From assembly GCA_964106915.2 (NCBI GenBank), contig OZ066927.1: DNA of 64,000 bases; one strand, written 5' to 3'. Source of the stretch: Podarcis gaigeae (Eukaryota). Position 1 is the stretch's first letter, and every line of letters begins with the position of its first letter. Position numbers and translations under genes: made by a program. Below the pieces are notes generated by a model. It had not been told where the DNA came from. It was given only the letters and a program-made list of their open reading frames with translations, and made no database searches. Of this stretch, positions 39,176 through 52,437 are shown one piece after another.

Positions 39176-42100
39176 TCACATGAAGTCTTCAAAGTCTTGT
39201 ACATAGCCACCGTCATAACCACCATAGTCTGCCAGGTCGTCTTTCATAGTCGCTTTTAAACCACCTCCTGGCACCACCCCCTTTTTCTTCTTTTTGGCTT
39301 TGTTTTGCTGCGGGAAAGACAGAAGCAGTTTAGGAAGGGAACAATAAAGCCCAGCCTCAGCATTCCTACCCTCAGTTAGTGAAAAGAGAACAGCACTTTC
39401 TATAAACACAGACTATGATTTATTTCATGCAGTTTATATGCCACTAGATTCTTAAAAACAAACCCACCACCCGCAAAGCAGTTTACAAATTAAAGAATGG
39501 CCATTGCCTGAATTTTCTCTCATGGAAAAAGCGGTAGTCAATCACAGTATTCCGTACCATCTACTGACTATGTGTGTACAGTACTGTGTTTCACCAGAAA
39601 AATTTATGGATTTAACTAGGCAACGAGAATTGAGAAACTGAACACATTAAACATGGCAATCTCGGGATGCTTCAGCAAAGGTATTGCAAAGATGCACATC
39701 GTAAGAGGGAGATGGCAAAGAGTTCTAGCATCAATGCTTCCATTTAGATCATACAACCCTCCCCTGATCTGGCATGGTCCAGATGTATGGAACTACAGCT
39801 CCCATAATCCTGAGCCATTGGGACTAAGGGGGACTTGGACGTCCGACCACACCTGAAGGGCACCCAATTGGGGAAAGTTGGATTAGCAACTTAGAAAGGT
39901 GTAAGAACTGAATGCTACCACAGTCACTAGAAAGAAGCATTCTACAGACGCTCAGCATCACCTAGAGCAGGGGTCAGCAACCTAAGGCCCATGGGCAGGA
40001 AGCAGCCCGCAGAGGTTGTTTGACCAGCCCACGATCTGCCCCCGAACTCAGTTGCCTGCCCGCTGTGCTAAACTGGATCAGCGCGGGAACTCACTTCCGC
40101 AGTGCCAGAAATCGCTTCTGCACACTTGTGAAATCCAGCCCAGGTAAGATAAATCTTGCTGACCCCTGACCTAGAGGGCACTCAACACAAACATTCTCAG
40201 AGAAAATATGCTCAAGACGTACCTTCTCTTGTTTCTGCTTCTCGCTGCATAGCACTGTCAAGGAATTTGTGATCTTTTTCAAGTCATCAACTTCCACTAA
40301 ATTGGAAATAAAAGCACAGTAAGGAGGGTCATTTATATGGCTTTCCAAGCACTGGACCCAGTTTGTTTCTGTTACTGAATAACGGGATTCCTATTTACAA
40401 AACAAGTGTGGCATTTTAGATCTCCACAGGAAGCCCCTTTCAGAAAAAAATGCTTCAGACGGAATGGAAAGAAGCCAAGGGAAAGAAGGGCTGAAGCTTA
40501 CTAGCAAAGCATTGTGGGTGTTCAGATGCTTGTGGCCACAGGTTCAGCCGCTGCCATCTCCAGGTTACAAGCATCTCAAATGCAGAGCTGAAAAAGACCC
40601 CTCTGCCAAGCAGGGTAGACAGCCCTGGGTCAATATTCCCAGGTCAAGGCGGCTCCTCCTTATACTGCTTGTAAGTGGAAAACAGGAGACAGATGAAATA
40701 AGCAATTGCTCACAAGCTCTCACATGATCTCTGAAAGGAAAACCCCTCAAGTCTCCCCCTTGGGGAGGCCGCCCAGCTGCTGTGACAGAGATACAAAGGA
40801 CAAGGCTGATCATAGTGGCACAACCCAATCACAGAAAATATTTTAGGTGGTCATGTTGGTCCAGTAAATAGAGATTATGATCCCAAAAACCCTCTGGCAA
40901 TGCGGATTAGGACTAACTAAAATGCCACAAGGATGCTGACTGTTACGTAAAACAGCAAAACGGAGTAGAAGGGGAGCCAAGTGCAAAATATGTCACAAAA
41001 ATGCCCAAAGTGCTGCAGTTTGTAACAGTCTTCAGATGGAGCACAGGACATACTATACAAAGAACACCAGTTTAACCCCACCTGACCACCCAGCCTCTCC
41101 CAATTGATCCCCATTTTATCTCTTCCACATGTTTAGAAGAGCAATGCAAATTTGTGATAAACATACTTACGTGAAATACATACATCTCGAACTAATGCTT
41201 CCAAAAAACCAGCATAATATAGGGATTTCTCATACTGTGTTATTTTCTCTTTTAACAATTTGCCGAACTCCGTGAAGTCATCTTTGGAAGATGGATTCAT
41301 GGCATCTATTCCACACGTGCTATTTACACCTGTAGAAAGAACAGCCAATTGATCAGAGTGGTATTGGAGACAGGGTGGCAAAAATCAATTACCTTTCTGT
41401 GGTGCCCAGAAGTGAGGGGCAAACCTACCGACCCCATTTCAAGTATCAGGCTCCCTGGTGGCAACTGTGACAACAGAACATTCTTGTGTATTCCATACAT
41501 GTCCCCGCAGCAGTCTCTTAACACTTACCAAAGGTTTCTTTTGCTAACTCAAGGTCTGCCTCTTCTTGCAATTTCTGCAGCCGTAGTTTGTCTGCTAACT
41601 GTTCTTCTGGCGTAAGTTCTTTAGATTCTTCCGATTCCTCTAACTTGAAAGAAGTAATAAAATCAAGATCAGTTACATGCAGCAGCTCTTTTGTCAATGC
41701 TGCTTAATAAACTAAATATGGAAGCCAATGTGGGTTTTAGAAAGCTTGGGATTCATATAGCGAGCAAACAATGGGAATATTTTGCATCTTTAATGTCCTT
41801 ACATGAACATCCCTTCTGGGGAAAAAATCTGACCACTTAGTTGAGCATGCAGGGGTACCACAAACAGGTTTAACTCTTGCTTTGTTCAACTATATTTAAA
41901 AAAGTGAAACTTCAAAAATAATTGCATATGTTTATTTATATAACTAAGCAACAACATAGCAAAAATTGCAGAGTCCAGTATGAAACAAAATGTTTTTTTA
42001 ATCTCTAGCTATTACTAGAAATGGATAGTCATGTGAGACTGTAATAACACTGCTTCTACAGGGTAAAATGGACCCCCCTTTTTTTTGCACAAGTTAGCTT

Positions 42101-45100
42101 TTCAATCACTCATTTGTGTCCATCACTAGGCACAACAATGATGAAAAACAGGATAAAATACCTCTAAAGCAGGCATAGGCAAACTCGGCCCTCCAGATGT
42201 TTTGGGACTACAACTCCCAACATCCCTAGCTAACAGGACTAGTGGTCAGGGATGATGGGAGTTGTCCCAAAACATCTGGAGGGCCAAGTTTGCCTATGTC
42301 TGCTCTAAAGTCAATATAGTTTGGTTAAAATACAAACACCCCTTCCCTCCTTATTGGAGCCTGGGAAGAGGCCTCAGCATCAAGATGGGGCCTTTAAAGA
42401 CCCACAAGACCTCTGTAATGCTCAGGGTGGTCATCTCTATTTACCCAGTGTGACAACTGGCTATGAAAACTTTTTGCAGTTTTTGGTTTCTTCTGCCAGC
42501 TTGATTGTTGTCTTAAAAAACACTTTCCTTTGCAATTATAATCAAGTTTGCTGGTACTTTCTGTTGTTGTGATTGGTCTTTAAGTAAGATATAACACTAC
42601 AAATCCCAGCAACAAAATCACGGCCCTTCCCCTAAGAGAAGTCATGTTTACCTGGGGAGTTGGAGGGTGCCTCTCAAAGCTAACCTCACCAGGTGATCTA
42701 CATACAAGCAGAGGGAACTGATTTGGGGCTGCTACGAATGTAGCAACTCACTCAAAGCAGCAACAACTGGAACAGTTCAGTGTGACCTCACGGGACAAAC
42801 TCGGAACATCCAGACAAAGATCTCACTGTGTGGATAGAGCTGGCCTTTGGTAACTCAGATAAGTATTCCCCACCCCCAGCTCTTTGACATCCTCATAGGC
42901 AAAGGCTATTGGGACTCACTCCTTAACAAACCAAAAGGGCAGGTAAAACTGAATCAAGGCACTGAAATTTATCTGGTACATGAAGTAGGATCTCCACCTT
43001 CTCCTATCTCAGAAATGCCTTACCCTTTTTTTAATCTCCTCTTGCTTTTTCTTCTGCAGTTTTTCCCTCTCTTTTATTTTTTCTGCTATTTTCTTCTTTT
43101 CTGAAACTTTGGGTTCTGCAAACAGGGCACAACATTATTTCCTTCCATCTTATTTTTCAGTGCTAAGGATTCAGAACAAGACGTGCTACCCACACATCAT
43201 CCATAGGTATCCAATCCCATCTGCAGGAAACATGCATGAGGCTGCCCAAGCCACAACCAGCATCCTCCTGCCCCACAAAAGGAGAAGAATCCCACCCCCT
43301 GCCATATTTCTCACCTGTCTTTACATCTGCCTCCTTTTCTTCTTCCTCTTCCTCATCATCCCAATTATCCTAGATGGGGGAAAGAATAGGTAGGACTGGT
43401 TGTCAGCAATCATGCCCAATGCAGCAGCCCCTGACCCCAACACTAGATCCTTTTTCAAATAATTCAATGCAGTCTTTGGAACCGGAGTGGAGAACTTGGG
43501 ACCAGGCTTACCACTGAAGCAGCCAGGTATATTTCCACCACTTCAGATCACTGAGGCCTTATGCAAGGGAAGCTGGCAGAATTATGACTCTGCTCTTTAA
43601 GAGTCTCACTGCTCCCACCCTTAAGAGTTACAGGAACTGAGAGATGGACTCTCAACTAAGGCCAAGCTCAGCCAGCAGGCTGGCTTTCTTTATGACCCAC
43701 TCAACAGAATATTTTTCCAAGGACAAAATAAAGTTTTCATTGGAAAATGAGAAACATTCCCACAGTGTAAAAAGCTATAGAATTTCACCCTGTTTGGATA
43801 CTGTTCCAGGGAGGAGCCCTCAACCAGAGCACTAAAGCCAGCCACTAGCTGCTTAGCTATTTCCACCAAAGACATCTTAAGACAGCATCCCTGAGCTAAT
43901 ATAGCTGCTGCAAGATGGCATCTCTGCATCTTACTGGAGCCAGCTCAGCCGCAGACTCGGGTCCTTCCGGCCTTGAAGAATTGCAACAAAGCATCAGGCT
44001 TAATTGCTAACTCCAAGTAGCACACTTTAATTACCAACATAAGTGAAAAACAAGAGGGGAGGAACTGGACTTCCCAGTCCAGAGTGCTTTGCTCACCCAG
44101 CAAGTGCCGGAATACAAGAGTTCTGCCTGGAGCTGCAGCTCCAACACATGGCGCATTGGCTCAGCAGTGTCCCTCATAGCACAGCTGGATCATCTTCCCT
44201 TGCACGCTAGTCTTTCAGTCTGCAACTGACAAACAATAAAACAAGAACTGCCTTCCCTGCCTGGAAGTTCTTACTTGCTGCAGGCAGCCAAAGAAGTGGC
44301 TATTTACAAACCTGTTTTTGAAACAGTAGCAAGGGAGCCTCCTATTTCCATTCATGGGGAAACTTTCAATAATCGACAGCAATGATTTACAAGTTACTCA
44401 TCTCTGCATCCTTGAAAAACTCACTCTCTGTGTGTGGATAGAGACCAATTCATCTTTTGCAAATAGCGTTTCTGACAAAATATACAAGTGTCAACAGATA
44501 TTTGAAGTATAAGCCAAGGAAACTGAATGTGGCTATTTTTACCCGCAGGGATTATGACACACATCAGGCAGTCACTCATCTCCCACAAGTAAACTAGTGT
44601 GCCTAGCCATATTCTAGGGACAGGTCCTCTGACATCCCACTTCCAGAGTCTGGCTTCTCAGCAGCAACCCTACAAGCAGCCACACCCTCTGTCTGGCTTG
44701 ACACACCTCCATGCCCATGACTGATAAGGGCAAGACTGAACATATGGCCCTGCCCCAAGTCCATTTGCTCCCCTGATACAACCATGGCTGGAGCCTCAGA
44801 AAAACAAAACAAATTCATGACAGTTATCCCAGCTCTAAGAATATGATCACTATAGAAATAAACTATATATAAACTATATGCTCATTCTGAAAGAATCTGG
44901 CAAGGTAGCTGCATCAGAGAAAGCTAACAGAGACCAGAAGAGACTCAAACATGAACCATCAACAGAGTTATTAACTTACATTAACCTTCCATCAGAGCAC
45001 CAAAGTTTGTGCCCCAAGATGACAGACATGGACAATGTTACTGTTCTAGGTTGTTTTAAGAGAATCCAAAAATATATTAAAAAACTCTTCCATCATTAAG

Positions 45101-46618
45101 AATTTTACTACATCCATGATTTTTGTTGGAGACAAATCCAGTAAGAATGGCTTGATCAATAGGAAATATCTCCCTCTCAAACACTGCACCGTTCCCCAGC
45201 TTTCTGTTGTTAAGCCCCCTGCTACATCACAGAAAGGTACAGTTGCCTGACAAGTTTTATTTCATGATTTGCCTTGACTGCTTTTAAGGGGAAATTTGCA
45301 AAACTCAACAAGAACCTTGCCTGAAAGATACTAAACCTATTTCATGTTCTTAGGTTAACCTGAAGTCCGAACAAGCTTGATTCAAACTACCTATTTCACC
45401 TGCCTGGGCACCAGTGTAATGTTACCTGGTGTAGGAGATGGTAGCTGCCCCCACCTCTATGCCCTTCCCCTTCATGATCTCACACACTTTCCAAAACATG
45501 TAGTAATTAGATACTGACTGGTCAGCGGGCAGCTACAGCTGGGTAATCCCACCTGCCTGTGAGCAAGGGAGGCCTCAGAGCCTAAGCCAAGAAACGGACC
45601 CAGCCAGCTGCAAGCAAGAGAAGCTCGGACTTGACAACACGAGATCTCAAGTCTATAGAAAAAAAGCGGGGTGTGCTACAAAGGTGACCCCTACCCAGTG
45701 GGCCGGTGCCATATAGGCCTTGCTGAGATCTCCCTGGGCCCGTTCTCCCCTCCCCATACATACAGGCAGCATAAAGCATTTGGCCCTGGCGGTGGCACAT
45801 GCCCCAGGGCCAAATCCTGCCCTAGATAAGCAAGTCCCAAAGCAGAGCCCGACACAACCAAGTCCCACGCGGCTTCTCCGGCGGCGGGACCAACTTCCAG
45901 ATCGACTAGGAAAACGGCTTCCACGTCCGGGGCTCCCTGGAACGGAGGCGGAAGGGGGCGCCGAGGGGCCACGCTGGCCGAGCAGCACAGCAGCCCGGCA
46001 CCTGTTGGGCCGCCACATGGCAGAAGCGGAAGCGGCCCAGCAGGCGGCGGCCTGAGCAGCCCCCACCCCCATTACATACAGGATCCTTTCCTGCTGAGTC
46101 ATCAGCCCCTTTCCCGAGCCGGAGGGAGACCCAGCCCGAGAGGGAGGAGACCCAGCTCGACATATGGAGGGCCGCGGAGGCAGATCCAACACGCTCCCCC
46201 CGCCCTGCTCCCGCTCGGAGGAGAAGACCCCCCCCCAATCCGCTTCAAAGTCCCCACCCCTGTCGCGGGGGGAGGCAGGGGCGTCTCCATAGCGACCGGG
46301 CCTACAAGGGGCCGGGAGGGGAGAAGCCTCTTGACTGGCCTGAGTGGGGGCCCCTCCGCTGCCCACCTTGACGTCGTCGTCCTCGTCTTCGCCGGCCCAT
46401 CGATCCACCGCCACCACCCCGGCCGGCGTGGGTAGGAGCCGCCTGGCCACGGGGTCCGGCGCCTCGAAGGAGTCCACGTCTGTGGCGGGAGAAGGAGGGA
46501 AAGCGGCGTCAGCGGACGGCGCTGGGCCGAGGTGAAGGGGGAGGGAGAGAGCGAGACGCGCCGCTGGGCCGGACTAGGCCGGGCCGGACTTACCCCAGGA
46601 ATCCGCCTCGGCCGCCAT
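39176..46618 (-). CDS. EIF3J: Eukaryotic translation initiation factor 3 subunit J, complete 8-exon gene (765 nt, about 254 aa)
   Basis: Exons on minus: 46618-46594, 46479-46367, 43369-43315, 43115-43024, 41643-41529, 41329-41171, 40296-40223, 39307-39176, all GT-AG. Translation MAAEADSWDVDSF...DRWAGEDEDDDVKDNWDDEEEEE...ELTPEEQLADKLRLQKLQEEADLELAKETFG...KKKGVVPGGGLKATMKDDLADYGGYDGGYVQDFEDFM* is typical eIF3j. Confidence 0.97.
39968..40168. mobile_element. hAT MITE with 8-bp target-site duplication
   Basis: ACCTAGAG|CAGGGGTCAGCAA...TTGCTGACCCCTG|ACCTAGAG: perfect 13-bp TIR and perfect 8-bp TSD, in EIF3J intron 7. Confidence 0.9.
42170..42302. mobile_element. 133-bp palindromic hAT MITE with 8-bp TSD
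   Basis: CTCTAAAG|CAGGCATAGGCAAACT...AGTTTGCCTATGTCTG|CTCTAAAG; arms complementary over most of the length; EIF3J intron 4. Confidence 0.9.
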
Positions 46619-46920
46619 CTTGCCCGCTTGCTCGCTCAGGCCAGTCAGGCAAGCGGGAGGGAGGAGAAGTAGGCGTCAGCCGCGCGGAGAATGCCGGGAT
46701 GGAGGAGGCGGAGTGGAGCAATGGGCGGGACTTCCCGCCGACCCGCTCCGCCCCCTCGCAGACCATGACGGCGACGTAGATTTACTAAAATGGTGACTTG
46801 ACCGCGAGGACCAAGCTTCCGGCTCTGTTTAGGCCGGATAGGAGTTGCTGCCTGTTACACGAAAAAGCAGAGGAGGGAGAAGCAGGGACTCTGCAGACTC
46901 CCGGCCGCCGCCTTGACATT
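45840..46920 (-). promoter_or_regulatory. EIF3J CpG island and promoter
   Basis: CpG-rich block over exons 1-2. YY1-like CAAGATGGCGGC (minus, 46611-46622) contains the start codon; GC box near 46723; ETS-like CTTCCGG near 46816. Confidence 0.8.
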
Positions 46921-47221
46921 CATTTATTCTACGGGTGAGAAAAACAGCCCCAGACCTAATGGTTTACGCTCTGACACAATCACGGCGCAAAAGCGAAAGG
47001 GGTGCCTGGAATTCTTGGCATGGCCCGCTTGCGGGAGGCAGAACAGCTTAAGCAGAGCCGGCGGCAAAAGTTGCTGGTGGGGAGGCCCTGCGCTCCAAGT
47101 GCAATGTCTGCGGATGGCTGACCCTTGAGGGAGGAGCCCGTGGAGCTTATTCCATGCGGATTCTCCCAACTTGCTGCCTTCCAACTTCCAGCAGCCCCCC
47201 AGTCTGCGCCACCATGGGGAT

Positions 47222-47520
47222 ATCATAGGACTGCTTGGAGTTGGAAGGGACCCCGAGAGTCATCTAGTCCAACCCCGCGCAATGCAAGAATCACAGCTAA
47301 AGAATTCCTGACAAGCGCTACTTAAAAACATCCCATCAAGGTGAGGCCACCACTTTCTGAGGAAGTCCGATCCACTGTCCCAACAGTTCTTAGGGGTCAG
47401 AAAGCTCCCCCTAATGTTTAGTCACGATCTCCTTTCTTGTCATTTGAATTCATTTGTTTGGGTCCTCCACTCTAGCGCAGCAGAAAACAAGTTTGCTCCA
47501 TATTCCATGAGACAGCCCAT
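47222..47520 (-). mobile_element. CR1 LINE 3' fragment
   Basis: GAGTTGGAAGGGACCCC...CATCTAGTCCAACCCC...AATGCAAGAATCACAGCTAAAG plus CR1 RT-end sequence. Confidence 0.75.
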
Positions 47521-48648
47521 AAAATATAAAACACAGTGCACTTATAGAAAATATGAAACACTTCTGCCTGCAGGGATTTGAGCTGGTGACCCCAGTGTCC
47601 TTCACTTTTGCATTACTGCAAGTCTACTGACCTGTCCCAGCTGCTGTCTCCACTTTCAAGGCTTCCAATGCAGAGTAAAGTTGACTGTTGCTTTTTTCTA
47701 CTTGAAAACAATGGTTCCGTTACATTAGGCTTTTTTGTAGCCCTACACCATGACTGCCTCTTACTCGCTGTTGTTCACTGCTATCCTGAGAGCCTTTTCA
47801 CACATGACACTGTCAAGACAGATAGTCACCACCCTACCTATTATTTAATTCAATCCCAGCCTCTCATCTTTTGGAAGAATGGCAGCAAGAGCACCAGTGT
47901 GGTGTTTGAACTTGGGACTTAGAATAGCTGGCAGGCAGTGGCAACCATGCCTGGGCAAGTATACCTGCCTCCTTTATTTTTTGCTTTGAACTGTTGTGAC
48001 TGAAGTGGGAGCTCTCTGAGCCTCAGGACTTTGCAACAGGCAAAATTCCCACCTTTAACTCTAGAGGGCGCCCTGCCACCTCCTTGCTCAGCTCTAATCA
48101 GCAGTCAAGACTGAGTTACATCTGGCAGCTCTGAGAATCTGCAGAGGTTTTTAAAGCACTCTAAGCACATGCACGTTTCAGATTGTGTGATCAGTTTTGT
48201 AGGAGCCGGACAGGAGACTGCAGAATACATTAGGCCTGTCCTGGATGCTGCAAGCAAAAGGGACAGATAGGCAGTTAGCAGCCTCCAGGTCGCTGGGAAT
48301 CAGGATTGGTAGAGCTGGAAGGGAGCCGAAGAGTAATCTAGTCCAACCTTGTTTCTCAAGTGCCTCTGAAAAGCTTGCCTATAAACAACGAGAAGCACTT
48401 TAGGGAAGTCAATAGCAGGTAGCTTGCCAAATGACCAGCAGCAGCTTTCACCAACCTGGTGCCCTCAAGGTGTTTTGGACTACAACTCTCATCAGTTTTG
48501 CCTGGGCTTTCTCTGCTTTTTGCCACTGGATGGGTTTTGAGATTCTTTGATTCAGCTTGGCTCAGGGCATCTTTTGCTGACCAGGGGGCTGATGTGAGTT
48601 AATGGTCCAAATCATTTGAAGGCACCACTCTAGCAGAGGTTGTGTTAA

Positions 48649-48997
48649 AGGTAAAGGGATCCCTGACCATTAGGTCCAGTCATGGCCGACTCTGGAGTTG
48701 CGGCGCTCATCTTGCTTTACTGGCCGAGGGAGCTGGCATTCAGCTTCCGGGTCATGTGGCTGGCATGACTAAGCCGCTTCTGGCGAACCAGAGCAGCGCA
48801 TGGAAATGCTGTATACCTTCCCGCTGGAGCGGTACCTATTTATCTACTTGCACTTTGACGTGCTTTCGAACTGCTAGGTGGGCAGGAGCTGGCACCTTAC
48901 AACAGGAGTTCACCCCATTGCGGGGATTTGAACCGCTGACCTTCTGATCAGCAAGTCCTAGTCTCTGTGGTTTAACCCACAGCGCCACCCGCGTCCC
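48649..48997 (-). mobile_element. Full-length Sauria SINE with 14-bp TSD
   Basis: Minus-strand head GGGACGCGGGTGGCGCTGTGGGTTAAACC, B-box-like GGTTCAAATCC and ACCTTT tail. TSD AGAGGTTGTGTTAA at 48635-48648 and 48998-49011. Confidence 0.92.
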
Positions 48998-51658
48998 AGA
49001 GGTTGTGTTAAGTTCTAACAAAAAACAAACCCAAGTTTGCCTCACCACCCCTTTTGTATTTAAAAAGAGTAAATCTCCTTTGTGTGTGAATTACTTCTAG
49101 GAGAAGAAGATAAAGATTTAATTTAACTTAAAGCTGCATTTGTTAGGAAACCTGATGTCTTGAGCATGCTCAAACCAAGCACTTGGGAAGTTTTTAGTTT
49201 GTGACGCTGTATTATGTTTTTACTATTTTTTGTTGGGAGCTGCCCAGAGTGGTTGGGGCAACCCATATAAGCAAATAATAATAATAATAGCAGAGATCCA
49301 CAAACCTATGGAGATGTACGTAAGATAATAGATCTAATTTTTACTATTTAAAAATCGCTGCATACTTGTTAACTTTAGAAAAGCTTTGTTAGGATTTCAT
49401 TCTTTTTTAAAAAGCTGGAGTTGTGGTTAGGTGTTGCCAGATGACTTGCTGCCCCATTTCTGATCTTTACTTGAGTGACGGAATTCAATATCCTAAGCCG
49501 TTCAGGAAGGACTGTCATTTGCTGCTTAGGGGTTAGTAGGTTTTGCTTTAGGTTTTAAGTTCTTTCTTGCTGTTCACCTCTAACCCACAAGCCAGTGTCA
49601 GCCATATTATGCATGCAAAATCCTTGAAAAAGAAACTTAAAATAAAGGAAATGTATAGTAGAAATAACATATTATGCCCTTGTAATAATTAAACAGTGGG
49701 GTAGTGTCATATATTCTTGTTAAACAGTTTTCATCAGGGAGCTAGAAAAACTGGTGTGTCCTATTACACAGTCCTTCTCAAGGTAACATTCAGAGTCTCT
49801 ACTGATCATTTCATTGAAGGGTTCTTTTTTAAATTACTAAGCCATTTGCAAAATGCCTAAATATTGTGATTTGCTTTAGACAATCTATGGCTGCTTTCTT
49901 ATTTTTATTTTAATAGTCTGTATATTTGAATACAGTATGTGATTGGTCGATCATAAACTATATTCATAATTACCTGGTTTTTTAAAGGCACAAAAAAATG
50001 AACAAATGACTCACATTGAGCATCAGAAACCAGTTTACAAAAGGATGCAAAACATGACAGCCAGTGAATGAAGAATTAAGACACTGATCTGAAAGTGCTC
50101 AAATCTTCATGAATACAAAGTAGCAGCAGCTTGTTGTGATAGCCAAACCCAGACTAAACCCTGCAAAGTAAAAGTGCTCTTAAAATAATTATTAGCAGAT
50201 TAGAACTTGATACGGCTCAACAGCCACACCAAACTGTAGTTGAGGAAGCTTAATTATGGTTTGGGCTGAATTGATCAAGCACACTTTGCAGCAATCGGAC
50301 TCAGACACCATGGCTTGTGCTAACTAGGCCATGGCACAATGTCTGACTTGGCAAACCATAACTACAGCTGTAGCTTTACCTCTAAGAGAATGGAAACAGG
50401 GATTGCTGAGCACATGGAACATAAAAGGAGGCAGCAGCTTTAAGCTGTGTCTGCCTGTCCATTTGGAAAAGAATCATCTGGTTTGATGATAGGGCTTTTA
50501 AAAATCACATCAAGGATGGGTGCTTTTGCTAAAAAGGGTGGGGGTGACAGATGAGGAAAATCTGAAGAACTTTGGAATTTTCTTTATGCAAGTAGGAATT
50601 CAGCTGGAGTAAGTGATGGAATACAAGTTTGTGTCCTTTGCCTTTTTTCAATGATAGTTCTCAAAATGCATTTGGCCTAGATGATTTGTTCTCAATAACA
50701 AAAGGAAGACCTTCCCATACTACCTTGTTTAGTTATTCCAAATTCAAGAAAAAACAACCCAATCATGCCAAAAGAATGAAATCGCAACACCATATGACAT
50801 TTACAATAACCATAGTAGCATTTTTACATTTCCACTGAAAAGGGACAATGGGAATTAAAAATCAGACTTGCACCAACTTACAAAATGATACTTTAATATG
50901 TATTTACAGAGCAGCCTGCAATGGTTGATTTAGCTGTCCTAGGTAGGACTGTAGATTTCCCTACAATTTCTAATAATCGTTGTTGTAAAAGCTCACATTC
51001 TTTCTTCTTTTCTCTTTTCAGTGATCAGACATCACAGAACAGGTAGGTTGGTAATATGCACTGTGTCAGCTTCACGAAAAGCAGTGGGGTTTGTAATGGG
51101 AAAAAAATGGAAATGCACAAATGCTTCAGAAAGGTACTCTAAAGAAAATGCTGTACAGTTTTTCTTTAAGTCACCAAAAAATGTCCAACTATTTATTTGG
51201 TCGGGAGGAGGTTCTACTCACTTATTTGTGAACTGCAGAAAATAAAGAATCTCTCTGTACCTACCTTCCACCGAGGCAGGTACATTTTGCTCCCATCGCA
51301 GCTGCCATTATCGTGCTGCTGTCACCCCACTTTTAGCTGGTGCTTCTATCAAGCTGAAGAAACTCAGCCTGGGCAGGTGTCCCTGCAAAGCCTCCTCGGT
51401 CAACTTCTGTATCCAAGTGTGAACAGAAAGAGTGTGCTTGGGATGCCTCTTCCTAGAGATCACTGGGAAAAACTGCTGTGGGTTGCTAGCATTGGTAGGA
51501 GCAATAAGGGAGTGTTTCTTGGTTATCACTAGATGTATCTTTTCCTTAAAAAAAAAATATGTGGGAAATTTAAAACTTAACATTTTCAAAATCAAATGTA
51601 TCTATATCCCTATTTTTAGCAAAACAGGAAGGGAGTGGTTACAGGGGTCACTTCTCTG

Positions 51659-51802
51659 NNNNNNNNNNNNNNNNNNNNNNNNNNNNNNNNNNNNNNNNNN
51701 NNNNNNNNNNNNNNNNNNNNNNNNNNNNNNNNNNNNNNNNNNNNNNNNNNNNNNNNNNNNNNNNNNNNNNNNNNNNNNNNNNNNNNNNNNNNNNNNNNNN
51801 NN
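51659..51802. other. N run (144 nt)
   Basis: Undetermined bases. Confidence 1.
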
Positions 51803-52280
51803 TTTATTTCAATAAAGACGTTAAGACAAACAGCATAAAGATGTTCAGATGCCCTAAAGATAAATACATTTCAGAGATTCTCATTAAAATGAATTTGTAT
51901 AATTTTCCTGCAAGCAAAATACCTTTAGCATTCTAGATAGCAAATGCCTTTCTTTCTTTCTTTTTCTTTCTTTCTTTCTGCAGAAAATCCACCAAAATTT
52001 TGTTTCAAATGAATAATGATTTTCCACAAAGCAGGCTTGCTCTACATGCTTACTTTTTTTTAACAGTTCAGTGACACAATGTGCTAGCTACATATACAAC
52101 AGATAATATAGTAAGAAAACACTCAACCTGATGAAAAGTTAAAATCTTCATTAATACATTGGAAAAAGTTGATATAACTCATGCCTTTTAAAATCAAAAA
52201 ATACAAAAATTAAATGTTTTCCTAAAAAGATTTTCCTTATTTTAAGGACTCATTTGAAAATGAAGCTGCGTGTAATTTGT

Positions 52281-52437
52281 NNNNNNNNNNNNNNNNNNNN
52301 NNNNNNNNNNNNNNNNNNNNNNNNNNNNNNNNNNNNNNNNNNNNNNNNNNNNNNNNNNNNNNNNNNNNNNNNNNNNNNNNNNNNNNNNNNNNNNNNNNNN
52401 NNNNNNNNNNNNNNNNNNNNNNNNNNNNNNNNNNNNN
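52281..52437. other. N run (157 nt)
   Basis: Undetermined bases. Confidence 1.

Noticed and set aside
45653-46477. 274-aa minus-strand ORF
   Set aside because: It is EIF3J exon 2 reading through into GC-rich intron 2; stop scarcity is expected in a CpG island.
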